From Carcharhinus longimanus (Eukaryota): a stretch of DNA of 64,000 bases. Positions 44,870-56,642 of this stretch are shown here, piece by piece. The position numbers and the translations under genes were made by a program. The number at the start of each line of letters is the position of its first letter. Position 1 is the stretch's first letter. Where the stretch lies: assembly GCA_030264375.1 (NCBI GenBank), contig JASCQW010000043.1, positions 93,527,924 to 93,591,923 on the forward strand, written 5' to 3'. Under the pieces are notes generated by a model. It searched no databases. It saw only the letters and a list, made by a program, of their open reading frames with translations, and was not told where the DNA came from.

Positions 44870-46030
44870 CACAATACAGAAGTCCATTCAGCCCATGGAA
44901 TCTACACCAACTCTAAGAGTATCCACCACACTCCCCTTCCCCCTCCCTCACCTAAATGTTTACAGAGGCTAATCCACTTGACCTAGACATCCTGGGACAC
45001 TAACAGGCAATTTAGCATGACCAATCCACCCAACCTGCAGCTCTGTCTCCTGTCAGGTGGTTGGAGAAGATTTTATGGCACTATTCAAAAAGAGCTGGGG
45101 AGTTCTGTCTACTGACTTGACCAAAACCATGTTTTCTGGTCATTTTGCTCAGTGCAGGGAGAGACCTTTTGGCCCATCAAGTCTGTACTGACAGTAATCC
45201 CAGCCAGGCCCTATCCCTGTAACTCCCCCATATTTATCCTGCTAATTTCTGTGTCACCAAGGTGTAACTTACCATGGCCAAACCACCTAACCCAGAGATC
45301 TTTGGATCATGGGAGGAAACCAAACAAGGGGAGAATATGCAAACTCCACACAGTTACCCAAGGCTGGAATTGAACCCAGGCTCCTGGTGCTGAGAAGCAC
45401 CAGCGCTAACCACTGTGCCACCATGCCCCTTCAGACATCTCAGATGGATGCATTGAACCTGGTGGCTGTGGTGAGTGACTGATTTAAAGTAAAAACCGCT
45501 TTTTTCCTGTACTTCCGGTTCTCGGGNNNNNNNNNNNNNNNNNNNNNNNNNNNNNNNNNNNNNNNNNNNNNNNNNNNNNNNNNNNNNNNNNNNNNNNNNN
45601 NNNNNNNNNNNNNNNNNNNNNNNNNNAGGGTGATGCGGCGGCGCGGGCTTGTTGGGCCGAAGGGCCTGTTTCCCGTGCTGGGTTGTTCTTTGTTCTTTGT
45701 ATCCCATTGTATTATTGCAAGTCCACGGGGTGGCACAGTGGTTAGCACTTCTACCTCATAGCACCAAGGACCTGGGTTCAATTCCAACCTTGGGTGACTG
45801 TTTGGAGTTTGCACGTTGTGTCTGCATGGGTTTCCTCCAGGTACTTCCGGTATTAGATGTGCAGGTTATGTGGATTGGCCATCCTTGGTGTACCAAGATT
45901 TATAGGTTAGGGAGGTTAGAAGGGAAAATATATCCAGGGTTACAAAATAGGGCTCGAGTGGATTGCTCTGTCAGAGTCAGTTCAGACTTTATGGGCTGAA
46001 TGGCCTCCTTCTGGATTATAGGGATTCTAT
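44870..46030. mobile_element. Cluster of HE1/V-SINEs (44870-45040 -, 45150-45427 -, 45727-46030 +) and a CR1 tail (45627-45700 +) around an N gap
   Basis: tRNA-like heads GGTGGCACAGTGGTTAGC in opposite orientations, with V-domain cores. Confidence 0.8.
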
Positions 46031-46756
46031 GGGAAGGTGCATCGGAAGTAAAGATTAGCATAAATCAAATGGTAAGGCAGGCTCCTGGTGCAAAATGGCC
46101 TACCTGTCTCCTATTTTATTTGTCTGAGTTAGAAGATTGCAGTCTAACTGTTACATTGTTAGAGTTGCCATCTTTTAGGGTGAAATTTAATTTTCATCCT
46201 TGTCCGTTCAGGATGGGTTAAAAAAACCCCAGGGTAACCAGCAGCAACTAGGGAGTATCTCCATTATCTTGGGAAACATTCCTCCTTCAAATTCAACTAG
46301 ATTAGGAATTTTTCTCATTGCTGTTTGCAAGCTTTTGCTACATCCCCTATGCACTTCAAAAGAAATATATAGCCAAGTACTTACAGATGAAAGGTGTAAA
46401 GATGTAATATAAATTCTAAGAAACAGGAACAGAGGGAGAAAGAGTTTGTGCTTATTAATTTGTCATCCCTAAAAGCCTCAGACAGGATTACTCCAAAGTG
46501 AAACACCAGTGTTTATTCATCAAGACTAGATTAGTTTAAAAAAGCAGAGCATGAACCTGTAGCTTAAAAAATTAAAAGCTAAAAGGAAATCACATCATAT
46601 CAAGCATCCCAAAACGTAATCCTGCGGACCAGTTTGCTGACTGAAATCTACCCTATTCTTACAAAGGGGCAGTGGCAAGAGGTTTTCTGGGACAGGTCAA
46701 GTGGTGTGTGCTGCACGTTAAAAATATTCCTTTGCGCAGTTCAGGCATTTCATAAT

Positions 46757-46922
46757 TCATAGAATCATAGAAACCCTACAGCACAGAAAGAGGCCATTCG
46801 GCCCATCGAGTCTGCACCTACCACAACCCAAGGCCCTACGCCCATATTCCTACATATTTACCCACTAATCCTTCTAAGGACACTAAGGGCAATTTTTAGC
46901 ATGGCCAATCAACATAACTCAA
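46757..46922 (-). mobile_element. HE1 SINE 3' part
   Basis: (CATAGAAT)n tail, GGCCATTCGGCCCATCGAGTCTGCACC and the V-domain core. Confidence 0.8.
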
Positions 46923-47839
46923 TCTTTGTTGTGGAATAAATTGACATACTATTGAAAAAAATTGCCTGGTGACAAGATTTAGCTGGTGCATAGAAATTCA
47001 TAAAGACTTAGGTGATAGCTTATTCCATAACATGTGCACAGCCTTTGATAGGGAAGCACTTGCATTTATATAAGCGCCTTTCATGATGGTCCACAGACCT
47101 TCACAGCCAATGAAGGATTCTTGTAGTAATGCAGGAAATGTAGCCATCGATTTGCACACAGCAAGGTCGCAATCATATTGAGCAACATGATTAGAAAACA
47201 TGCTTTTGGTCAGGTCAGCAGACAGAATTACCCAGCTCTTTAAATAGCGCCACAAAATCTTCTCCAACCACCTGGCAGGAGACAGAGCTGGAGTGTAGTG
47301 TCTCATTTGCAGATGCCATCTTCAATAGAGCAATGCTTCTTCAGTATTGCTCAAAAGCATCAGTCTGGATTGTTCACTCAAATCTCTGAAGTGTGGCTCG
47401 AACCTTTGACCTTTAACCAAATCCACAGAACTTCCCAGTTGATGATAGTCCAGTTTTTAAAAATACACCGAATGTTGGACCTTGTCCTGGCTGCAGATTA
47501 CTCATGCCTGATATCCACCATTGCATATTCCATCTCCAAACCACCCTCTAAATTACAGTGTCTGTATCTGAGATCAAGTGGTTTTCAGGTTCTCTTTATC
47601 TTCTGCTATTGCCTAGTCAGGCTGCAGCTCTTATGGACATAAAACACAGGCAGGTACAAAACCATGCTACACTGGAGGTGAAAAAGGTGCAAACTTACAC
47701 AAGCTACAGCTTCTATATCAGAGATTGTGGGACGAGAGGAAATGAGATGCAAAAAGGACGAGGATATTGTCACTTTCTATCATTTAAGCCCTGCTGCTGA
47801 CCACAGCCTCAACAATGTCCATTCTATTGGTAACGAGCT

Positions 47840-50120
47840 CTGTCTACCTCCCATGGGTACTAATACAGCACTAATATACATAGCCATTGGGGTCAATGCT
47901 AAGAATCTGGTGGAGGACCTGGGAACATCCAGAAGAATTGCAATGATCTCACATAGTACACTTAGTAATGCGTATTGAATGTCAACCAACTGCCATGTCA
48001 TCAAGCTCATGCTGCTCATCACTCACTCTGCAATTTCCAGCAATAAGGGCCAATGATTAACNNNNNNNTGCTCCACCCCACTGACAATTATCATTGTGCA
48101 AGCCTTACATCCCCATTTCCACAAAATATCAGCTGCTACAGGCACATCATCCAAAAACACTGCATCATACTCACTGACACTTCCCTCTCTTTAGTAAGCC
48201 CAACATGAACAGGAGCAGCAGCAAACCAACTGCAGGCAGGCTCTGCTTTATGCACTGACCCCAATGAAGTTGGAGAAATGGAACTGACGTCATTGAGGCC
48301 ACAGCAGCAGTGCCACCGAAAAATCCAGGATGATGGTAGGTTCTTGGGTTGATGCATCTTCTTAAACTCACTTCATCCTTACTTTGCAATCTGGGTACGG
48401 CATTGATCCTGCAGATGATTCACCCATGCTTCTGTTGCCTTTTCCCCATTCCCTTTACTCATCCCAACCCTCCCCTTGTGCATATATGTTTTCAGATACT
48501 AAGAACTGTGACCTGACCAGCTAGTGGTGCCAGAGGTTGAAGTCCAAGAGGAGCAGGTCTCACAACAGTAGTCATTTGCAGCCACTGCTCACACTAGTAT
48601 TGCACACACCTTACAGATAGGATCTACGATGACGAGTTATTGGCACAATTAGGCTGCTGTCAAATATTGTGTCTGTGCCAACTCAGTAGGGGACTCAGAT
48701 GAAGGGTCCAGTAAGGCAGCATACAGGGTGTTAGCGATGGAAAGATGGTAGGAGTGGAGGGCCTGAATGACATTANNNNNNNNNNNNNNNNNNNNNNNNN
48801 NNNNNNNNNNNNNNNNNNNNNNNNNNNNNNNNNNNNNNNNNNNNNNNNNNNNNNNNNNNNNNNNNNNNNNNNNNNTGGAGGGGCAGGCTCGAGGGGCTAG
48901 ATGGCCTACTCCTGCTCCTATTTCTTACCTTCTTATACAGGAAAATGCTAAACGACCAGGCAGACAGGGAAGATTAGGATGTATTGGTAAGCTTGTCATA
49001 ACGTCTTTTGCCACCAACTTTATACACAAGAACTTGGAGTCCATCATTTCTAGTGTGGGAGTGGTGGCGGCCAACTGCATAGGGATACTCACGGGCCCAA
49101 AAGTGACACGGCTTCTGATTCCTCAGCTTCCAGTATAGTACAGAGGCCATGGAATGTCCAAATGTTACAATCTATGCTCAGACTGAGGTCATAGCTGTTT
49201 GGTTATCTGTAAGCTCAGACTGTTGCCATATTAGCTGCAGTTTTACATAGGATAAAACAAACAGGTTATTTGAGCCAACATGTCATTTTCTGTGCTCCAC
49301 TCACGTCTCCTTCCATCACCCAAATTTATTAGTATAACCCTCCAATCCCTTCTACCTCTTATGCTTATCTGCCCTCTCTGACTACATCTATTCTGATTGC
49401 TTCAGCCAGTCTCTGTGTGCTAGTAAGTTGCACTCTTTGAGTAAAGACGTTTCTTTTGATTTCCCTGTTGGATTCTTGTTCGCTGACATATTCTCAAATC
49501 TTTTTTGGACCCATTCATGGCTGATCCCTCAGTCCAGCAATCTATGTTCCAGCACATTACCAGGATGGCTGGCAAGTCCCAGCGACAGTGGCTCATTGAG
49601 TGGACAGCAGGTTTGTGCACAGATGCTGACATTCTATCACTACTGCTCCTCCATGCTGTTATCCATCAGCCAGTCCAGACTGCTGCCATTGTTGCAGTCT
49701 CTTGATGGGTCTTCAAGGCCAGAGCTGTTCAAAGGTATGCTGCAAGTCCATCTGCAGTCACAGACTGACACTCAGCAGTTTTTCATCAACTCTTCTGCAA
49801 GCACTGTAAGCAACATCAGCCTGACAAAGGCATCCACAAGCCAAACACTAAAGGGACTGCACAAGTCTACTTGCAGGAATCATGGATGGAATATTAGATA
49901 GTTGGCACAGAATGATTGTTATATAATGCTTTTTTTTTAAATTTCAGAGCTGATAAAGGGCTGCAGTGATGGGCCCTGTAACGTGGAGATGGGAAACCTG
50001 GAACAGACGCAGAATGAAAACATTGCAACTACTGCCAGGATAGCGAACATCCTCCAACATGTTCTGGGTGCATAAACACACGAATTTCATGATGAGAGGT
50101 ATCCATCGTGGTTTTTTGCC
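47840..50120. mobile_element. Decayed Harbinger/PIF DNA transposon: Myb/SANT-like remnant (+, about 47840-47955) and transposase remnant (-, about 49980-50120)
   Basis: Plus strand IAIGVNAKNLV / RTWEH / QKNCNDL across frameshifts. Minus strand N.DGYLS...VC...RYPGSSCNVFILR resembles HARBI1-type NRKG.HS...RYPGS.HD.FILR. Confidence 0.55.
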
Positions 50121-52737
50121 CTGCACCAAGGAAAGTCAATTCCCGCTTAGGGAAGTGATCAGAAACAGGATATCAATTTTTCCTTCCTCAATTGGCTTCA
50201 GTTGTTCTGCTGTTATGGAGCAAAGCTTTCCAGATCTCTCAACTTTGCTGCCTCGCAGTACAATCTCACATACTTGCTATTGTAAATATTCTTTTGTTCT
50301 TGGCCAAAGACATCAGTAGCAAGGACAGGCCCAATCACTTGTTGCTCAGGAGTGGCCCCACCTCCCTTTCCTTATGATGAAGATGCTGCCAAACAGGATA
50401 TCTGGACATCTAATTCCAGGATATCAATCCAGCAAATATAAAAGGGGTGATGCTTTAATGCCTAATTCAGAATGGTGCAAGGCATATAGGGAAATCTGGA
50501 GCTGGTGGTGTTTCCATGACATTGCCATCCTGTTTGGTGGGAGACGTCACTGGGGATTGAGGTATAATTTGAGTAAGCTTGATCATTTGCTCCAGTAAAT
50601 CCAACAGGTAGTGTGTCAATGGTGGATTTGAATATGCTGACAGGAATGCCAAGATAACAATATAACTCTGGATGGTGTCAAGCTGAGTGTTGTTGCAGTT
50701 AGACCACCAAGAGATGGTGAATGTCATATTTGAGACTTGGAACTTGTGAATGTCCTTTATGAGGAATCAGGAGATGAGCCACTTGTCAGAGTATTCAGCC
50801 ATTTCTCTGCTCTCGTAGTCACTGTCAATATGATTAATCCGAATTACGGTTCAATGAAGTTACTGCTGCTCTCAATCTCATTTTGAGAGGATTGACGGGC
50901 ACAGGCCAAGCCAATGAATGGGACTGGAAAATCTGCACTTGGTGGCATGAATGTTAGCTGCCAGCACAAACAGTAGTTATCCAGGCTTACTATAGACTCC
51001 CATGAGCTGCTTCATTATCATGGAGCTGACGCTGAAATCAGCAGCAAAACAGTTCCATTCTATCTGCAGATGGTACGAAGGTCACGGACAAAGCAGCTGA
51101 AAATGGTCAGTCAAGGATGCTTCTTAGGGGAGCTTCTCTGAGTGATGTCCCGCGACTGTGACAACTACCTTCCCTTGCACTAAATATGGAGAGGAATGTT
51201 CCGTTTTGATCAGTTGAGGTATTTGGTTGAATGCTGCCTTGGTGAGGAGGGCAGTTACTAATCCCCAACACTCTTTATCCATCAAGGAGATGATGAGGTT
51301 TAGAGTCAAATAATATTAGCAGATCCAAAATTGCACAGAAGGCAGATTATAGGGGAATAAGTATTTGATTCCATCATAACTCCTTTCATCACTTCACTGA
51401 TTATCGGGTGTAGGCTGAAAATGGCAGTAACTGGCTTACTAATTTTATTCTTTTTCTTTAAAACGGATAGCACACCTGGACAATTTGCTATGTTGTGGCC
51501 AAAGTGTTTTAGTACTACAGTCATCATGAAATGAAGTTTTTGGTTGTATCAAGGGTATTGTGCAAATCTTTTAATATCACAGACATAAAACATACTGGCA
51601 GGACATTGGGGATCTTAGAAGGTGGCAAGAGTAGCATCATCTATTCCACATTTATAGCTAACAGCACTTACCAATACTCACAATGGAGGAAATCCAGCAC
51701 TTAAATACAAAAGTTGAGAGTCATCATTACCTGGTTAGCCATCACAATTCTTGACTGGGCAAAAAGTGACAAGGATTTTGTACTGGCCACTTCTACTTAT
51801 GCCATAATAACTGATTTGCAATAGGTAGATTGAGGACAAGATCAATTAGTTATTTTGAGGTTCAACCAACAGCTATATCCTACAGGCCTTCCAGCTTAGA
51901 GCTAGTGTCCAAGAGGCACTCTATACCTCACGACACCTCACCCATCCGGGGCTGAGCATATTCTGCGTCCCTCATAACTTCCAAGAGATGTTCAACATAG
52001 AAGGGTACAGATTCATCAGCTTAGGCAAAAACAGCAGATGGTGATCAGAAAGTTTAATCTAAAACCACAAGACTATGTCTAAAATGAATGTTCAGAATTC
52101 CCAAGGACAATCCCAACTATTCTTGTTTCCATGGGCTGATTCACCACACCACAGGTAGATGAATGTCTTACATTGATTGGTTGGTTCATAGATGAAAAGG
52201 TTGCTAGATGATTAGTATCATAGCTGCATTGTTACTGACTGCTGTTTTTGGAGGAACCCATTACCCTTGTCTAAATTTAGACAAAGAGAAAAACTGTCAT
52301 AGCCTGGGAAGGGCCAGAGACAAAAGGATGCAAGAATGTGTTCCATAAATTTTTATATTTGTAAATAAGATAATTTGACTGTCCAGCCCAGCACAGCAAG
52401 TATATCTTTCTCTACTATGGGAATATAGGAATCGCAAGATGAGGAAAAAGTTCATCTTGTTTGGCATGCTACCATCATGGAGTCGAATGACACAAGATGA
52501 TGAGAGTTGTTGACTAATCACAAGAAAAAAACTGAGCAAAAGTAGGGCATGCAGAAGCCATATGCCCCCTCAAGCCTGCTCCACCATTTAACTAGATCAT
52601 GACAGATTTGTAAAGCTACACTTTGTAAAGCCATATCTTTTAACCCAATTTATCTTGGTCATGTCTATTTAATTGGCTTTAAGTTCAAGACTCTAGGTTC
52701 AGATATCAATCACTCTTTCCCCAAAAGAATGCCTTAC

Positions 52738-53062
52738 AAGAAATCCATGCAGACACAGGAAGACTGTGCAGACTCTATACAGACAGGACCCAAGGCCAGA
52801 ACTAAACCTGGGTCCTTGGCCTTAAGTGACTGTGTGGAGTCTGCAAATTCTCCCAGTGTCTGCTTGGGTTTCCTCTGGGTGCTCCGGTTTCCTCCCACAG
52901 TCCAAAGATGTGCGCGTTTAATTGGCCATGCTAAATTATCCTTTAGTGTCAGGGGGACTAGGAGGGTAACTTCATGGGGTTAGGGGATAGGATCTGGGTG
53001 GGATTGTGGTCAGCACAAGCTTTATGGGTTGACCGGCTTCCTTCTGCACTGTAGGGATTCTA
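52738..53062. mobile_element. Head-to-head pair of HE1/V-SINE fragments (52738-52822 -, 52826-53062 +)
   Basis: CATGCAGACACAGGAAGACTGTGCAGACTC is followed by its near reverse complement GAGTCTGCAAATTCTCCCAGTGTCTGCTTGGG. Confidence 0.75.
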
Positions 53063-53829
53063 TAACTAATTAATCCTGCTTTAATTACAATAGAGAAGAG
53101 ACACGATAAACAACACCCATCAGCATTTTACAACCCTTATTATTTCTCACTTTCACCCATACTGATTCAACTATTTGCTATTTCCTCACTACCGTGCTAA
53201 TGCCACCCTTTATTCTATGGCCTACCCACCCCAATCATTTTCATTTTATTTGCCTTTTCCAAACATCAGGTACCTTGGAATATTTAGTTCCCAATCTTGA
53301 CAGCCATTCGACCTTATCTCTAATTACCATTACATCCAATCTATTTCCCTATTTGCACCAGTAATTCATCTATTTTAAGAGCGAGTCATCCATTCAGTCA
53401 TAATATTTTACAACTGCCCTGATTTGATCTTATTCAATGACACACTACTAAACTTTGTCCCTTCTGGTCCCACGTCTTTTCTCAAATCACTGCAGTGTGT
53501 GTGATTGGCAAAATAAAATGGGTGCATCCGATACCTACAGCTGCTGAGGGACATGAGTTTCCGAGCTATTCCCTTAGTACACTAAAACAACTTATTTTGG
53601 AACAGTCCTTTACATGTGTTCCTACTTCTATCCCAACCATTGATATCAGAATTTAAAATAACTATCCATAAAAAGGAGTGAACTTTTAGCTCAGCGGCAC
53701 ACCCTATGAGACAGAGGCAAGGATTCCAAGTCCCTCTCCAGAGGATCCTGATTTGTAAAATATAGAGCGCTGGCACTGAATGCTGCATGATGCCCAATGG
53801 AAGTAAACATGCTTGATGAGTACATATCG

Positions 53830-54027
53830 ATTCCAGCCTTGGGTCACTGTGTGTGGAGTTTGCACATTCTCCCTGTGTCTGCATGGGTTTCGTCCACAAT
53901 CTGAAAAACAGGCTGGTTAGGTGCATTGGCCTGAACAGGTGCCAGACTGTGGCGACCAAAAGAATTTCACAGTAACTTTGTTCCAGTGTTAATGTAAGCC
54001 TTACTTGTGACTAATAAATAAACTTTT
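53830..54027 (+). mobile_element. V-SINE copy
   Basis: TTGGGTCACTGTGTGTGGAGTTTGCACATTCTCCC core plus the variant tail. Confidence 0.8.
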
Positions 54028-54387
54028 AAATATATGGATAAGGAAAAAGCAGATTTCACATCTTTGGTTGTTTCTTCCTACCTCGACGAAGTTACTCCAG
54101 CAGATTTCATCTTTTGTACTCTAGCTCAAAAAGGTAATATCACAGCTCCCAATGGGTTCAAAAAGTAACTGGCAGTCATGGCCCAAAAAAGGTTAAAATA
54201 ATCCCATCTGTCTGAAAACCCTGGAATTCCTAAAGGTTTAAAGAGTCCTATTTCCATATTTTCCCCTAATGTCTGATAAGGGACCAAACTCAAAAAGACA
54301 AGATTGGGTATCACATATTCTTGGACATAAAAAAGTGTTAACACCCTAATTATCTGAATGTGCACTGGGACAGTATTAGCATAAAAG

Positions 54388-54634
54388 GACATAAGAACAT
54401 AAGAAATAGGAGCAGGAGTAGGCCATCTAGCCCTTCGAGCCTGCCCCGCCATTCAATAAGANNNNNNNNNNNNNNNNNNNNNNNNNNNNNNNNNNNNNNN
54501 NNNNNNNNNNNNNNNNNNNNNNNNNNNNNNNNNNNNNNNNNNNNNNNNNNNNNNNNNNNNNTTGAATGGCGGGGCAGGCTCGAAGGGCTGGATGGCCTAC
54601 TCCTGCTCCTATTTCTTATGTTCTTATGTTCTTA
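54388..54634. repeat. Two CR1 3' tails in inverted orientation flanking a 100-N gap
   Basis: 54388-54457 is the near-perfect reverse complement of 54562-54630. Confidence 0.85.
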
Positions 54635-54879
54635 TTGACTTGACTGGGTAAACTCCAAATGCACTGACTTTCCAAAAGTTATTGCCTTAAGCTTCTTTTG
54701 TTTACTCAGCAGCATTGCTATCTGACTAGGGACTGCATCAGTATTTAATTTCAAGTTATTTCACATAGAATTACAAGTCTCCTTGGTAACCTCACCAGGT
54801 TGCTATCACCAAACCTAAAGTAAGCAGAACTTTAACCTTGCATTGGTGCTCGTTGCCTAGTGAATCAAGAAACATTTTA

Positions 54880-55860
54880 ACCTAGCCATTCTCAATAATG
54901 CCAAAGCACAAGCACGATCCAATACTGTACATTTAAATGTTTCTGTGACTAACACATCCATCACAAGACTAAAACTCCTTGTGACCAGTATACTTTACTT
55001 GGAGTTTTCATTATCCTCATCCATGTCCTGAGATTCTCTTTGTTGGGTGTCATTTCAAAAGGCTCTGCCATTCTGCTTTGGATCGTTCATTACAGAACGA
55101 CACTTTGAGACACAATTGAAGCACATGTTAACCTTTCCTTGGGCATTGTTGAGAGTCATTTGTCTATTATATTTTTGCTCCAATTTTGCCTTGTAACAGC
55201 TAGATTTGCTTAAGATGTTTTCTTCCTCCTCCTGCCTGTCTTTTAACCCTACCATATGTATTGACTCCTGTGTCATGTACCTGGACCATTTCAAAATCTT
55301 CCATCAAGTCCTCTCTTCTTTGGGTGTATAATTTTGTTTGTTCCAATGAATGCAAGAAAACAACTGTTTGCTCATGAGTTTTTTGAAGTAGCAAACATCT
55401 GGTCCAACAGTGTCACCATCACCAAGAACCAAACACTAAATGGAACCAGGTGCTTGTTCATATGAGACACTTTACTACACTCCTTCAATTTAAACACTAG
55501 GACTGATCCAGGGAAAACCAAATTAAATTTAGCCAATTTTTTATATAATCGGTTACATTCTATATATTCCTCAATAGAATGGCCATCCATTTTCCAAAGC
55601 CTACCAAATACTGATCTGGTTTGAAAGGCATATAATGATTCACCTTCCTGGACATCCTGGGATTCCAAAAGGAAGTCTGAACCTTCATCAGTATCTAATG
55701 AATTCTTCAGCTGTGATTTTACTTATTGCATATAGTCACAATGCTGAGGCCATGCCTTGCTTCCTCTCCAGTAGTAACATAACTTGTATTCATATATCCA
55801 TTTCATTCTTCCACTAATATGGTTTAGATTCCAAGAACATTAGAGGGTAATCGTGTCCAA
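54880..55860 (-). mobile_element. Degenerate Ty1/Copia (GalEa-like) gag-protease remnant
   Basis: Broken frames read YPLMFLESKPY*WKNEMDI*...KQGMASAL, SIEEYIECNRLYKKLAKFNLVFPGSVLVFKL, a decayed knuckle CFNCVSK and a protease-like LVTETFKCTVLDRAC. Confidence 0.65.
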
Positions 55861-56338
55861 AAATTAACACTTGGTTTCTGCCAATTTTTCACAATGGCTA
55901 CTAAGATTGCAGTTTTCTGTTTAATACCATATTTCTTAGCTTCCAACCTTCACCTTTAGGCAACCATTTCCTGTTGTCATGTTCCATTCCAGAAAACCAT
56001 TTGGCAAAGCATGGAAATGCAACCAATCTCCATCCAATTCTTTATTAATTTATGGAATTAAGCATAGGCCTCCTAACCCATCAACCACAGTTTCAGTCCG
56101 AGTCCATTTCTTAAGGGCTCAAGAGTTATCAGTTAACACACATCAATCTGCATACCATGAAACAACAAATATGATTAAATCCCGGGTTTTCTAATTCATT
56201 CAGTGAAATAGCTTGCTTGTTTCTCATTATTTTGAAGACCTGTACTGTGTCTTCTTTTAATCTGCTTTCCTTTAGGAAAAGTAACATCAGTAACTCGAGC
56301 CTTTCTTCATAGAGTTTGTCTTTCAAACAAACTAGAAT

Positions 56339-56642
56339 TGTCTCTCTGCTCCTTCGCTCGTCTGCTCCAGCAAACAATGGAAGGCTTCACCGTGTGAGCA
56401 CCTGATAATTAAAGCCTGCTCTCCCACAACTCCCTGCTATCCACTCCCTTAGAATTCTTAAAGCAGTAAATACAAAAAGCCCGCAAAAATGCTTTTAAAT
56501 GATTTAAACAGTTCTACAAGGTAAGTTCTTACTACAAAAGTGCTTTAAACTTATTTAAACAGGTTTTTAACAGGTAATTTCTTATCTGTCTCTCTGCTCC
56601 TTCACTCGTCTGCTCCAGCAAACAATGGAAGGCTTCACCGTG
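56339..56642 (+). repeat. 56-bp direct repeat (56339-56394 / 56587-56642, 1 mismatch) upstream of a decayed CR1-like ORF2 fragment (about 56650-57240)
   Basis: TGTCTCTCTGCTCCTTC(G/A)CTCGTCTGCTCCAGCAAACAATGGAAGGCTTCACCGTG occurs twice, 248 bp apart. Confidence 0.8.
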
